From assembly GCA_051294375.1 (NCBI GenBank), contig CM119269.1:10832883-10896882 (forward strand): a DNA stretch of 64,000 bases, written 5' to 3'. Position numbers and translations under genes: made by a program. Numbering within the stretch: position 1 is the stretch's first letter; every line of letters begins with the position of its first letter. This document shows positions 36,546 through 50,699 of this stretch, in pieces. Source of the DNA: Paraspadella gotoi (Eukaryota > Animalia > Chaetognatha). The notes under the pieces are model-generated. The model was not told the DNA's origin. It was given only the letters and a program-made list of their open reading frames with translations, and made no database searches.

Positions 36546-37314
36546 GATGCAGAGAGTCAAAAATGTGTCTTATTGATTGAAATGTCATTGAACCTGCAGT
36601 TGCACAAACAATCTTGACCATGGTAAAATAGTGTTAAGAAATGAAAATAGATGCTACATATATGAGAATGAATTGAATTAATCAAATGAGAAATAAGAAT
36701 CTTCACAAATTTTAATAAATAGTTTATGATAGTAAACCTTATTAATTTTGTTTAGAACAAAAAAATATTTTATGTGGCGCTCTTTAAAACAATTTCTTAT
36801 ATGCAAATGAGTCAATGACTGAAACATAAAGGAACAGGTTCCAAATCATCATCATGATTAAAAGATTAAACAATTGAACAATTTAACATTCATGAAGATC
36901 TACCATATTTGAAATCAATTGGAAATTAAACTATTATTAAAATTCATGTAAGCAACCACTATTATAACATTGTCATTTACCCCTATTCAATATTTGTTAC
37001 TTATTTAAAAGGTAAATTTCCCACATATCAGTAGAGAAAATTTGAAAAAGAAAATTATAAAAATTAACTTGAATTTGAATGGAAAATGCAATAATTATTT
37101 TGTCAGAGACCGTCTTTCTTTCTAATCTCATACTTTTAATGATTTCATAAGTTTTCAATAAAAAAAACACCTCTTTTTGATTAAATTAAAAGCGCAGACG
37201 TTTCAGAATTTACTTGTATTATATTCACCCTTATTTCAAAGATTCTTACCCTTTTTGTATTTATTTTTTGAAGTAATATTGATTTGTTATCAATTAAATT
37301 CACCCTTAAGGGTG

Positions 37315-37501
37315 ATGGGCCAACCCCGGAGGTAGTGCAATACCGGGTTAACCCGTGGAGGAAGTAGTGCAAGCACTGAACACTCCTCCTATGCTCAAAA
37401 ATCAGTTTAACATTCTGGGCCCGCAGTGCGAACCGTATCAGATATTAAGCTGATAAGAACAGTACTACACTTTGATCTTAGCCAAAAGGCCGAGAAGCGA
37501 T
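37315..37501 (-). ncRNA. RNU2: U2 snRNA, copy 2
   Basis: As copy 1, with a 1-nt deletion after GTAGTA (possible sequencing error). Confidence 0.93.
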
Positions 37502-38279
37502 GATGCAGAAAGTCAAAAATGTGTCTTATTGATTGAAATGTCATTGAACCTGCAGTTGCACAAACAATCTTGACCATGGTAAAATAGTGTTAGGAAATGA
37601 AAATAGATGCTACATATATGAAAATAAATTGAATTAATCAAATGAGAAATAAGAATCTTCACAAATTTTAATAAATAGTTATGATAGTAAACCTTAGTAA
37701 TTTTGTTTAGAACAAAAAAATATTTTAGTGGCGCTCTTTAAAACAATTTCTTATATGCAAATGAGTCAATGACTGAAACATAAAGGAACAGGTTCCAAAT
37801 CATCATCATGATTAAAAGATTAAACAATTGAACATTCATGAAGATCTACCATATTTGAAATCAATTGGAAATTAAACTTTTATTAAAATTCATGTAAGCA
37901 ACCACTATTATAACATTGTCATTTACCCCTATTCAATATTGTTACTTATTTAAAGGTAAATTTCCCACATATCAGTAGAGAAAATTTGAAAAAGAAAATT
38001 ATAAAAAATTAACTTGAATTTGAATGGAAAATGCAATAATTATTTTTGTCAGAGACCGTCTTTCTTTCTAATATCATACTTTTAATGATTTCATAAGTTT
38101 TCAAAAAAAAACACCTCTTTTTGATTAAATTAAAAGTGCAGACCTTTCAAAAAATTTGCCTTTCACTTTTTGATTTACTTGTATTATATTCACCCCTTAT
38201 TTTAAAGATTCTGAACCTTTTTGTATTATTTTTTTGAAGTAATATTGATTTGTTATCAATTAAATTCACCCTTAAGGTG

Positions 38280-38466
38280 ATGGGCCAAACCCGGAGGTAG
38301 TGCAATACCGGGTTAACCCGTGGAGGAAGTAGTGCAAGCACTGAACACTCCTCCTATGCTCAAAAATCAGTTTAATATTCTGGGCCCGCAGTGCGAACCT
38401 ATCAGATATTAAGCTGATAAGAACAGATACTACACTTTGATCTTAGCCAAAAGGCCGAGAAGCGAT
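38280..38466 (-). ncRNA. RNU2: U2 snRNA, copy 3
   Basis: Full-length match to the other copies. Confidence 0.95.
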
Positions 38467-39252
38467 GATGCAGAGAGTCAAAAATGGGTCTTATTGATTG
38501 AAATGTCATTGAACCTGCGGTTGCACAAACAATCTTGACCATGGTAAAATAGTGTTAAGAAATGAAAAAGATGCTACATATATGAGAATGAATTGAATTA
38601 ATCAAATGAGAAATAAGAATCTTCACAAATTTAATAAATAGTTATGATAGTAAACCTTAGTAATTTTGTTTAGAACAAAAAAATATTTTATGTGGCGCTC
38701 TTTAAAACAATTTCTTATATGCAAATGAGTCAATGACTGAAACATAAAGGAACAGTTTCCAAATCATCATCATGATTAAAAGATTAAACAATTGAACAAT
38801 TTAACATTCATGAAGATCTACCATATTTGAAATCAATTGGAAATTAAACTATTATTAAAATTCATGTAAGCAACCACTATTATAACATTGTCATTTACCC
38901 CTATTCAAATTTTTTTACTTATTTAAAAGGTAAATTTCCACACATATCAGTAGAGAAAATTTGAAAAAGAAAATTATAAAAAATTAACTTGAATTTGAAT
39001 GGAAAATGCAATAATTATTTTTGTCAGAGACCGTTTTCTTTCTAATATCATACTTTTAATGATTTCATAAGTTTTCAAAAAAAAACACCTCTTTTTGATT
39101 AAATTAAAAGTGCAGACCTTTCAGAAAAGTTTGCCTTTCACTTTTTGATTTACTTGTATTATATTCACCCCTTATTTCAAAGATTCTGAACCTTTTTGTA
39201 TTTATTTTGAAGTATATTGATTTGTTATCAATTAAATTCACCCTTAAGGGTG

Positions 39253-39440
39253 ATGGGCCAACCCCGGAGGTAGTGCAATACCGGGTTAACCCATGGAGGA
39301 AGTAGTGCAAGCACTGAACACTCCTCCTATGCTCAAATATCAGTTTAATATTCTGGGCCCGCAGTGCGAACCGTATCAGATATTAAGCTGATAAGAACAG
39401 ATACTACACTTTGATCTTAGCCAAAAGGCCGAGAAGCGAT
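39253..39440 (-). ncRNA. RNU2: U2 snRNA, copy 4
   Basis: Full-length match to the other copies. Confidence 0.96.
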
Positions 39441-40231
39441 GATGCAGAGAGTCAAAAATGTGTCTTATTGATTGAAATGTCATTGAACCTGCGTTGCACA
39501 AACAATCTTGACCATGGTAAAATAGTGTTAAGAAATGAAAATAGATGCTACATATATGAGAATGAATTGAATTAATCAAATGAGAAATAAGAATCTTCAC
39601 AAATTTTAATAAATAGTTATATAGTAAACCTTAGTAATTTTGTTTAGAACAAAAAAAATATTTTATGTGGCGCCTTTTAAAACAATTTCTTATATGCAAA
39701 TGAGTCAATGACTGAAACATAAAGGAACAGGTTCCAAATCATCATCATGATTAAAAGATTAAACAATTGAACAATTTAACATTCATGAAGTCTACCATAT
39801 TTGAAATCAATTGGAAATTAAACTATTATAAAAATTCATGTAAGCAACCACTATTATAACATTGTCATTTACCCCTATTCAATATTTGTTACTTATTTAA
39901 AAGGTAAATTTCCCACATATCAGTAGAGAAAATTTGAAAAAGAAAATTATAAAAAATTAACTTGAATTTGAATGGAAAATGCAATAATTATTTTTGTCAG
40001 AGACCGTCTTTCTTTCTAATATCATACTTTTAATGATTTCATAAGTTTTCAAAAAAAAAAACACCTCTTTTTGATTAAATTAAAAGTGCAGACCTTTCAG
40101 AAAAGTTTGCCTTTCACTTTTTGATTTACTTGTATTATATTCACCCCTTATTTTAAAGATTCTGAACCTTTTTGTATTTATTTTTTGAAGTAATATTGAT
40201 TTGTTATCAATTAAATTCACCCTTAAGGGTG

Positions 40232-40415
40232 ATGGGCCAACCCGGAGGTAGTGCAATACCGGGTTAACGTGAGGAAGTAGTGCAAGCACTGAACACTCCT
40301 CCTATGCTCAAAAAAACAGTTTAATATTCTGGGCCCGCAGTGCGAACCGTATCAGATATTAAGCTGATAAGAACAGATACTACACTTTGATCTTAGCAAA
40401 AGGCCGAGAAGCGAT
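40232..40415 (-). ncRNA. RNU2: U2 snRNA, copy 5
   Basis: Match with a few homopolymer indels. Confidence 0.9.
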
Positions 40416-41217
40416 GATGCAGAGAGTCAAAAATGTGTCTTATTGATTGAAATGTCATTGACCTGCGGTTGCACAAACAATCTTGACCATGGTAAAATAG
40501 TGTTAAGAAATGAAAATAGATGCTACATATATGAAAATGAAATTGAATTAATCAAATGAGAAATAAGAATCTTCGCAAATTTTAATAAATAGTTATGATA
40601 GTAAACCTTAGTAATTTTGTTTAGAACAAAAAAATATTTTATGTGGCGCTCTTTAAAACAATTTTTATATGCAAATGAGTCAATGACTGAAACATAAAGG
40701 AACAGGTTCCAAATCATCATCATGATTAAAAGATTAAACAATTGAACAATTTAACATTCTTGAAGATCTACCATATTTGAAATCAATTGGAAATTAAACT
40801 ATTATTAAAATTCATGTAAGCAACCACTATTATACATTGTCATTTACCCCTATTCAATATTTGTTACTTATTTAAAAGGTAAATTTCCCACATATCAGTA
40901 GAGAAAAATTTGAAAAAGAAAATTATAAAAAATTAACTTGAATTTGAATGGAAAATGCAATAATTATTTTTGTCAGAGACCGTCTTTCTTTCTAATATCA
41001 TACTTTTAATGATTTCATAAGTTTTCAAAAAAAAAACCTCTTTTTGATTAAATTAAAAGTGCAGACGTTTCAGAAAAGTTTGCCTTTCACTTTTTGATTT
41101 ACTTGTATTATATTCACCCCTTATTTCAAAGATTCTTAAGCTTTTTGTATTTATTTTTTGAAGTAATATTGATTTGGTATCAATTAAATTCACCCTTAAG
41201 GGTGATGGGCCAAACCC

Positions 41218-41317
41218 NNNNNNNNNNNNNNNNNNNNNNNNNNNNNNNNNNNNNNNNNNNNNNNNNNNNNNNNNNNNNNNNNNNNNNNNNNNNNNNNNNN
41301 NNNNNNNNNNNNNNNNN
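41218..41317. other. Assembly gap (100 N) inside the U2 array
   Basis: 100 N; true copy number is unknown. Confidence 0.99.
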
Positions 41318-41417
41318 TCACCCCTGTATTTCAAAGATTCGTTAAAACTTTTTGTATTTAATTTTTTGATAAAGCTAATATTGATTTGTTATCAATTAAT
41401 TCCCCTTTGAAGCGGTG

Positions 41418-44400
41418 ATGGGCCAACCCCGGACGGTAGTGCGAATACGGCGTTAACCGGTGCGCAGGAAGAGTGCCATAGCTGACTGAACACTTCCTCC
41501 TATGCCCTCAAAAAATCAGTTTTTAACCATTCTGGGCGCCGCTGAACAGTGGCGACCGTATCAGATATTAAGCTGATAAAGAACGATACTACCACTTTGA
41601 TCTTTAGCCAGAAGGTCGCAGAAGCGAGATGATGCAGAAAGTTCAAAAGAATGTGTCTTATTGATTGAAATGTCATTGAACCTGCAGTTGCACAACTAAT
41701 CTTTGACCATTGGTAAACATAGTGTTGGAATGAAATAGATGCTACGATATATGGAAAGAAGTTGATAATTAACTAAGATGAGAAATTAAGAATCTTCACA
41801 AAATTTTAATAAATAGTACATATGATAGTAAACCTTAGCTAATTTTTGTTTAGATCAACAAAAAGATATTTTATGTGGCCGCCTCTTTTAAAACAATTTC
41901 TTATATTGGCAATGAGTCTAATGACTGAAAAAGAAAGAGCAACAGGTTCCAAAGTCATGACTTGCATGATTAAAAGATTAAACAATACTTGAACAATTTT
42001 AATGTACCATTAGTAAGATCTACCATATTGGAAATTCAATTCGGAAATTAAAACTTTTATTGTAAAGATTCATGTAAGCAATCCATGCTATATAACAATT
42101 GTCATTCTACCCCTTATTCAATATTTTTTTACTGGTGATTAAAAGGTAAATTTCCCACATATACAGTTAGGAGAAAATTTGAAAAGAAATTTATAAAAAA
42201 TTAACATTGAATTTGAATGGAATGCAATAATTATTTTGTCAGAGTACCGGTGCTTTCTTTCTAATATCATACTTTTAATGATTTCATAAGTTTTCAAAAA
42301 AAAAAACACCTCTTTTGATTAAATAAAAAGTGCAGACCTTCAGAAAAGTTTGCCTTTCACTTTTTGATTTACTTGCTATTATATTCACCTCCTTATTTCA
42401 AAGATTCTTAACCTTTTGTATTTATTTTTATGAGTAATATTGATTTGTTATCAATTAAATTCACCCTTAAGGGTGATGGGCCGAAGCCGGAGTAGTTTGC
42501 GATAACCGGGTTAACCCGGAGGAAGTAGTGCAAGCACTGAACACTCACTCCTATGCTCAAAATCATATAAGTATTCTGTGGCCGCAGTGCGGAACCGTAT
42601 CAGATATTAAGCTGATAAGAACAGATACACACTTTGATCTTAGCCAAAAGGCCGAGAAGCGATGATGGCAGAGGAGTCAAAATGGGTCTTATTGATTGAA
42701 ATGTCATTGAACAAACTGCTGGTTGCACAGAACCAAATCTTGACCTATGGTAAAAATAGTTGTTAAGAAAATGAAAATAGATGCTACATGATATTGAGAA
42801 TGAATTTGAATTAAATCAAATGAGAAATAAGAATCTTCACAAAATTTTAATAAATAGTTATGATAGTATAACCTTGAGTATTGTTTTGAAACAAAATATT
42901 TAATGTGGGCCCCCTCTTTAAAACAATTTCTTATATGCAAATGAGTCAATGACTGAAAATAAAGGAACAGGTTCAAAATCATCTATCATGATTAAAAGAT
43001 TAAACAATTGAACAATTTAAACATTCATGAAAGTTCTACCATATTTGAAATCAATTGGAAATTAAACTTTTATTAAATCGTCATGTAAGAAACACTATGA
43101 CTATAACATTGTCATTACCTCCCTATTCAAGATGTCGTACTATTTAAAGTGTAAATTTCCCAACATTTCAGGTGAAGAAAATTTGACAAAAGAAAATTAT
43201 AAAAAATTAACTTGGAAGTTTGAATGGCAAAATGCTAATAATTATTTTTGTCGAGATCCGACTTTCATTCTGAGATATCATACTTTATAGTTTCATTAAG
43301 TTTTCAAAAACAAAACACCTGTTTGATCGTAAATTTAAGAATGGCGCAACGTTTCAGAAAAGTTTTGCCTTTCACTTTTTTGATTTACTGTGGTATTATT
43401 TCACCCCTTATTTCAAAGATTTCTTAACCTTTATTGCTACTTATTTGTGAAGTAATATTGATTTGCTTATCAATTAAAATTCACCCTTAGGGGTGATGAG
43501 GCCAAACCCGGACAGGTAGTGCAATACCGGGGTAACCCGCGTGGCAGGAAGTTATGTGCAAGGCATCTGAACCTCATCCTATGCTCATAAATCATATTTA
43601 ATTATTCTGGCCCGCCAGCTAGCGAACCGTATCAGTTGACTTAAGCGTGATTTTAAGAACATGAACTTACACTTGATATCTTAGCCAAAAGGCCGGAGAA
43701 GCTCCGATGATGCAGTAGAGTCAAAAAAGAGTAACTATTAAAAAAATGATCTGAAATCGTCATTGTGAACTGTCGCCGGTCTTGCCAAGGCACACTCTTG
43801 ACCATGGTAAAATTAGTGTATCAAAAGAAAATGAATTACTAGGATGCCTACATATATAGAATGGAATTGAATTAAGTCAAATGAGTAATATAAGAATTCA
43901 CTTCAGCCCAAATTTAAAATAGTTAGATAGTAAACCTTTAAGTAAATTCTGTTATAAACAAAAAAACAATTGTATGCTGGCGCCCTCGTTTAAAACTAAT
44001 TCTTATATGCCAAATAGTTCAATTGACTGGATACTAAAGGAACAGGTTCCCAAATCGTATCAATCGATGATGTTAAAATATAAAACGAATAGAAACTATT
44101 TAACATTCATTGAGACAGATCTACTGCATATCTTGAAATCTATTTTGGATAATTAAACTATTATTATTAAAAATATCATGTAAGCAATCCACTATTATAA
44201 GCGATGTGTTCAATAAAATCTTACCCTATTCAATATTTGTTACTTATTTAAAAGGTTAAAGTACCCACATATGAGTAGGAGAAAGAATGTTGAAAAACGC
44301 CAAATATTTTATTAAAAAATTAACTTGAATTTCTGAATGGAAATGCCGACGATACTGATTATTTTTGTCTTCATGAGGAACCGCACTTTCTTTCTTAATA

Positions 44401-44843
44401 TCATACTTTTAATCTATTTCATAAGTGTTTCAAAAAAAAACACCTCTTTTGCATTAAATTAAAAGTGCCATGAACCTGGTTCAGAAAAGTTTGCCTTTCA
44501 CTTTTGATTTACTTGCATTATATTCACCCCATTATTTCAAAGATTGCTAACCTTCTTTGCCTATTTATTTTTATGAAGTATATATTGATATTGTTATCAA
44601 TTAAATTCACCGCATTAAGGGTGTATGCGGCCAAACCCGGGAGGTAGCTGCGAATCCGGGTTAACCCGGTGCGAGGAAGTTAGTGCCAAGCAGCTGAACC
44701 TCATCCTGATGCCTCAAAATTATCAACTTTAATATTCTTGGCTCCCGCCAGTGCGGAAACGCGTATCAGTATATTAAAGGCTGATGAAGAACATGATAGC
44801 TACGACTATTTGTCTTAGCCAAAAGGACCTGAGAGAGAACGAT
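41418..44843 (-). ncRNA. RNU2: Four indel-rich U2 copies (~41418-41630, 42476-42663, ~43496-43708, ~44625-44843)
   Basis: Recognisable U2 and spacer, with scattered single-base insertions throughout both, typical of unpolished long-read sequence. Confidence 0.8.
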
Positions 44844-45858
44844 GATTGCAGAGAGTCAATAAATGGAATATAGACGTGTCTTATGAAATTGATTTAATGT
44901 CTATGTTGACTTGTGCGCTCGCGGTATAATTGCGACAAACAATCTTATGAACGTCGTATGAGTAAATAAGGCTTAGTGAAGAGAAATGATTGAAATTATG
45001 GTGTATGTTGATATGAGCTAGCAGATCTGATTGAAGAGGTATGAGAGTTGAGATGTTTAATGTTCAGAGATGAGGATAATATAAGATTTCCTTGATCAAA
45101 TTTTTAATAAATAGTGATTATGTGATAGCTTAGAACATATCTTAGTAATTTTGTTGAGTAGAACAATGAAAAAATATTTTAATGCTGGCCGCTCTTTTTT
45201 AAAAACAATTTCTTCGATTATGCCAAAATGATTGGTCACATGACTGTGTTAAACATTAAAGCGAGACAGTCGTTGCCAAATCTATCATCTTTATGATTAA
45301 AAGATTAAACAATTGAACAATTTAGACATGTCTAATGGAAGAATATGACCATTTATTTTGCAAATTCAATTGGAAATTTAAACTCGAATTATTAGAATAT
45401 TAGATTGTAAGCTAACCTAATCGTATTATTTAACTCTTGTCTATACCCCTAATTCATATATGTTGCCTTATCGTGTATTGTAAAAGCCGTAAATTTCCCA
45501 CGATAATCAGTTAGAGGAAATATTTTGAAAAAGAAAATTAAAAAAGATTAACTTGAATTGAATGCGAAAATGCGACTATTAATTATTTTTTGTGTTTCAA
45601 GAGAACGACTTCCTCTTCTAGATTCATTGCAATAATGACTTTTTAATGATTTTCATTATTAATGTTTTTCAAAAAAAAAACTACAACGTCTTTTTGATTA
45701 ATTAATAATGTGCAGACCTTCAGAAAATTTTGCCCTTTCATCTTTTTTGATTTACTTGTATTATATTCACCCCTTATTTCAAAGATTAAGAACCTTTTTT
45801 TATTTTTTTTTTTGAAGTAATATTGATTTGTTATCAATTAAATTCATCCTTAAGGGTG

Positions 45859-46046
45859 ATGGGCCAAACCCGGAGGTAGTGCAATACCGGGTTAACCCGT
45901 GGAGGAAGTAGTGCAAGCACTGAACTCTCCTCCTATGCTCAAAAGTCAGTTTAATATTCTGGGCTCGCAGTGCGAACCGTATCAGATATTAAGCTGATAA
46001 GAACGGATACTACACTTTGATCTTAGCCAAAAGGCCGAGAAGCGAT
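45859..46046 (-). ncRNA. RNU2: U2 snRNA, last (most upstream) copy
   Basis: Clean full-length U2 with one T>C change just after the branch-pairing region. Confidence 0.96.
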
Positions 46047-46299
46047 GATGCAGAGAGTCAAAAATGGGTCTTATTGATTGAAATGTCATTGAACCTGCGG
46101 TTGCACAAACAATCTTGACCATGGTAAAATAGTGTTAAGAAATGAATATAGATGCTACATATATGAGAATGAATTGCATTAATCAAATGAGAAATAATAA
46201 TCTTCACAAATTTTAAAAATAGTTATGATAGTAAACCTTAGAAATTTTGTATAGAACAAAAAAATATTTTATGTGGCGCTCTTTAAAACAATTTCTTAT

Positions 46300-46313
46300 A
46301 TGCAAATGAGTCA
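46300..46313 (-). promoter_or_regulatory. Octamer (ATGCAAAT) plus AP-1-like TGAGTCA, ~255 bp upstream of U2; repeated in each clean unit (e.g. 36801-36814)
   Basis: Perfect octamer at the position expected for a snRNA distal sequence element. Function is inferred from position only. Confidence 0.5.
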
Positions 46314-48392
46314 ATGACTGAAACATAAAAGAACAGGTTCCAAATCATCATCATGATTAAAAGATTAAACAATTGAACAACAAATTTACTTTCGTGAAGA
46401 TGTACCATATTTAAAATCAATTATAGCAATTTATTGATGCGGTAATCGTAGATACGATAATAATCGATCATTAATCTTCGATACAATGACGTCCCATGAC
46501 AAACATAACTCATAATAACTAGAGATCATAACATTATAAATCATAACATAACATAATCAATTAAAAAAATCAATCAATAATTTTACCAAATTAACAATCA
46601 ATCAATCAACCAATCAATCAGAGAGAGAAATTCAAATATATGTCTTCTGGTTTTCTAATTTAAACTCTTTTCCATTCCTACGATTCCATCCAAAATTTAT
46701 ATCCTGCTTAATCACACACACAATTCTATTTTAATTTAGCTATCCAATTTTTAAGAAATATAATAATTATGAGTATACATAAGTAAAAAAAAATTATTTC
46801 AATACTACTTTTGTATTTTTCCATTCAAACCCATTTCCTCTCGCACGATTCCGTCGACACTTTATGGAAAAGCAAAAAAAAAAACAAAAAACAAAACAAA
46901 AAAACAAGGACAAAAAACAATAATAGCTCCGTCATAAAGGGAGAAGGGGCAGGTCGTACCCTTGGAAAGTTTTACGGTCTTTCCTACGCGCGGAGGGTTG
47001 AACTGGGACCCGAACGAATACTGCACGAGGACTACTTGGGGAATTGAAGGGGAAAAAATATATGGCGATAGAAATGGGAGGGCAGTACTGGCAAAGGTCG
47101 AGAGGTCGGTACGGGCGTGAAGCGAGTGCCGAATATCAATGAGAGGTAAATACTAAGAAAGTCTCCAAAATATGTACAAAATCGTATATTGTTTCTTGTT
47201 GTTTGGATTAGAAGGCGAGTGTTTATTTTTTTTTTTCAGAATACGGTTTAGTAAGGGACAAAGAAATTTGTATTGTAATATTTACAAACAACGATTTTTA
47301 TTTATGTACATGTTTCGACACTATTCTCTATTTTCGAGCCTTCATCAGCGCTTTTTGACATTTTTACAAAAGACAAAGACACAAAATTTGCTGATTATCG
47401 GTATAACTGGTGCCGGATTTCCTATTGAACAGTACAGTAGTACAGCATAAAACAACTACGTTTGACGCGACGGCTGCATTATTTTCATCCTAAAAAAGGT
47501 TTAATATGTAGATAATATCCTATGTGCCCTCGTTGAATCTGGTTATATTAAAATAAAAATATACATTCCATAACTCTCTTCATTTGCTCCTTATAAACGA
47601 CGCCAGACCCCTCCCACTCCCGCGATTCGATTCAGTTCCCCCAACCAAAATTGCGAGAAATTTACGGCCGAAATGAATTTCCGCTTCCGAGGGGGAGTGA
47701 AGGGCGGGAGTCTTACCCGCCTGCCCACCCAACGACCAACTCTTCCCCCACCGCCTCCCGCCCTGGAGCAATCTCAAGCCACCGACCCGCATAAACAGGA
47801 CATAAACAAGACTCGCGAAATCTTGTTCAATCCGCGACTCTCAGCTTGACTCGACATCCGGACTTGTTTATTGTCTCGATAGAATTATGTGGGAATTACA
47901 TCCTTGCGCCGCTTTTCGGTGTGTGTGGGGGGGGAGGGGGGAATGCCGAAAATGAGGAGAGAGGGATATATATCTATAAAGATCCAATCATCTCGGTGGA
48001 AAGGAGGAAGAAAGCGTTCATACAGTTATGTCCGAAAAACAAAACTAGTTAGCCTGATGTACTTTCGAATGTGGATTATGGAAGATACAAAACGCTCTAT
48101 GGGACAATAATTTGCACTGAAATGATATACTAAAATTCATATAAGAAAAACAACAGATTGTACGTACCGGACTAAAGTCGTCCAAACATAACATAGAAAC
48201 TTCAAAAATTCACCTGCGTTGTCTTTTACCGCAACGGATCGATCCCTCGCGAAAAATATTTTGTTTCTTCAATGGAAAAAGCCGACGCAAACGAGTCAAG
48301 CAAACATCTGAAAGACTACAGGAAAAACGGGATGGTGCAATGAAGAGATGGTTATGGGAAAAAAGCTCATGACGTTACAGACGAACGGAATT

Positions 48393-48435
<43 letters not shown>

Positions 48436-49227
48436 CGGGGAAAAAAATAAAGTGAAGACGATGAATTTTAATGGGTTTCGGGTACGAGCAGCTTTTCTTT
48501 TGATGTTTACTTCGAAGAAAGGAACGACACAAAATTAGCCCCCGAATATTTTTCTCGTAATGGGAAGTTAATTTTTTTTAAAGAGACGTTAAAACGGTTT
48601 CCCGTCATACAAAAAAAAAATGCCAGAAACACGTGACTTATAAAGAATTGTTTAGCAATTCATGAGCCTTGCCTTGTTTAATTTATTTTATACAAACTTT
48701 TTTAGAGTAAAAAAGTAAATGTTAGGCGACTTCAATCGAAGGAAGTATGAAGACAGACGGGAGATCCGAAGTTTTGTTATTTGTGATGTGTTCTGCCGAT
48801 GGCTAAGTGGCTCTAAACATTACCTTTTAAAAAAGCCAATATATTCTAGTAGACTAATCAGTAGAGAAGCCCAAAAATGACTTAACTACAAGCTTGAGCC
48901 GTAAAAGTCTTAAAGAAATCATGTAGGAAACGAAATTCAATGTAGACTTGTATTTGCAGTACTCTAGTTTTTAACAAAAATCGACGTGATTTTTTACCCA
49001 CTGAGAAGTAACCGGAGAGCTTTCCTTGACCCTCACCTTCTCTTCTCTCCTCCTCCCCCCTCTATCTTGCTCACTTCACCATCGCTTCCCAATTCCATTC
49101 CCACGATCACCGATGCGCCTCGAAAGGTGCAAAGTGATTTGAACCTGACATAAACAAAATTGGATCCCAAGCGTTTGACCTTTTTCTGGCGCCAGTGAGA
49201 TTTTTTTCTCAGTCTCACAAAATCGTC

Positions 49228-49230
<3 letters not shown>

Positions 49231-49317
<87 letters not shown>
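49231..49317. repeat. (CT)n microsatellite
   Basis: Perfect dinucleotide run. Confidence 0.95.
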
Positions 49318-49319
<2 letters not shown>

Positions 49320-50012
49320 TCTCTTCAAACCCCAATTTCGATTCTTCTCACCCTTTCTCAAACTTTACTCGCCTTGCTTTAAACTTTCGCAACTCTACTA
49401 ACTTTTTTTTCGGCCGATAATTGAACCACCTAAACTTCACCATATAATATGCGTAATATGTGTGAATAGTTGTGAATGACCAAGTCTGTGAGAGAGTCTT
49501 GATTGAAAGCTTATTATTATTATTGTTATTATCTTATGCAAACTGTGATGGACTGTCCAAAGTCCAGTGTCCACTGTCAGGGTGAAGATAGCCTATTCAT
49601 TGAGTGCGTTGATAATTTGGTTGTATCAATTTCAAGCCCTGTAAAGATTTTTCTAAGCTGTCCCTTCTAATATTCCCCACTACCTTTCCTTTGAACTTAC
49701 TCTCCTTCTCCATCCAATTCGCTGCCCCAAACGCGCCGAGAGAGAGAGAGAGAGAGAGATGAAGGGATGAGAGGAGAGAGGGAGGGAGAAGGAGAGAGAG
49801 AGTAGAGAGAGAGAGAGAGAGAAGAGAGAGAGGAGAGAGAGAGAGAGAGAACGAGTGTGCGCGCGCGCGAGAAGTCATCGCAATAAACGCGTTCAGGGCG
49901 CAATAAGGGCGGAATAAGACGCAGATCGGCCGTGAGATGAACGGAAGGAACGAGAAGCGCGCGCGCAATAGTCTGAGAACGGATTCCTGCGAGATCAGAG
50001 AAGAGATAGAGA

Positions 50013-50066
<54 letters not shown>

Positions 50067-50656
50067 AGGACGGTGCAGCGAGTAAGTTTCGATTTAAAGG
50101 CGAGGTGCCGGATCGTAATAAGGAGGAGACCCCTTGGCCACGACGATGGTCGAGACGAAATGACGGCCATTCGACCGAATCGCTGGAAGATGACGACAAA
50201 AGCGACGTCGAAAAAAAAAAAACGGCTGTGGCGATAAAAGCCAAGTTGACCACGTTGTTAAATGGTGCGAATGAGAGGGGGGGAGTTAGCGATATCAGGG
50301 CCAAAAGACGGCGAAGAAAGAATCATTGGTTATTCCGCTCGGTAATTGAACATTGGCGAGACGTTTAACCCTTGATACCACTACTAAGATCCTAAAACAT
50401 TAATGTCAATCGATGTATGTTATGAAACAAGTTTAGAAAGAAAAAAAAATACTAATCACGAAAACTTCCTCAGTCTTTCCCATCGAAACGATTTGCTCTT
50501 CCGATCGTGACTTCTTCCCTGATGACTTTGAGCCACTTGAGTTCAGAAGGGGAGAGGAAACAGAAAATAGGATCCTAATGAAGACCTGTGGTCTCAAATT
50601 GCGCAGGGTTCGATTGCTCAGTTGATTAGACGTGATACCGGAAACGGCGTAAAGGG

Positions 50657-50699
50657 GACATTGTGGACATTGTGGATATTGTGGACATTGTGGATATTG
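50657..50699. repeat. 9-bp tandem repeat GGAYATTGT, ~5 units
   Basis: GGACATTGT GGACATTGT GGATATTGT GGACATTGT GGATATTGT. Confidence 0.85.

Larger units (their letters stand above)
35690..46420 (-). repeat. RNU2: Tandem array of U2 snRNA genes, unit ~0.96-0.98 kb, at least 10 copies plus one cut by a gap
   Basis: Repeated spacer plus U2 coding sequence. Copies at 36358-36545, 37315-37501, 38280-38466, 39253-39440, 40232-40415, partial ~41205-41217, ~41418-41630, 42476-42663, ~43496-43708, ~44625-44843, 45859-46046. Confidence 0.97.

Noticed and set aside
41318-45700. Apparent divergent U2 variants or pseudogenes after the gap
   Set aside because: Indels are scattered evenly over gene and spacer and cluster next to the gap, the signature of unpolished long-read error. 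They cannot be called biological variants without reads.
35690-46420. Repeated short ORFs (e.g. PSPLRVNLIDNKSI) and CRISPR-like periodicity
   Set aside because: These are translations of the U2 unit. The ~1-kb units with identical spacers in a eukaryotic context are not a CRISPR array.
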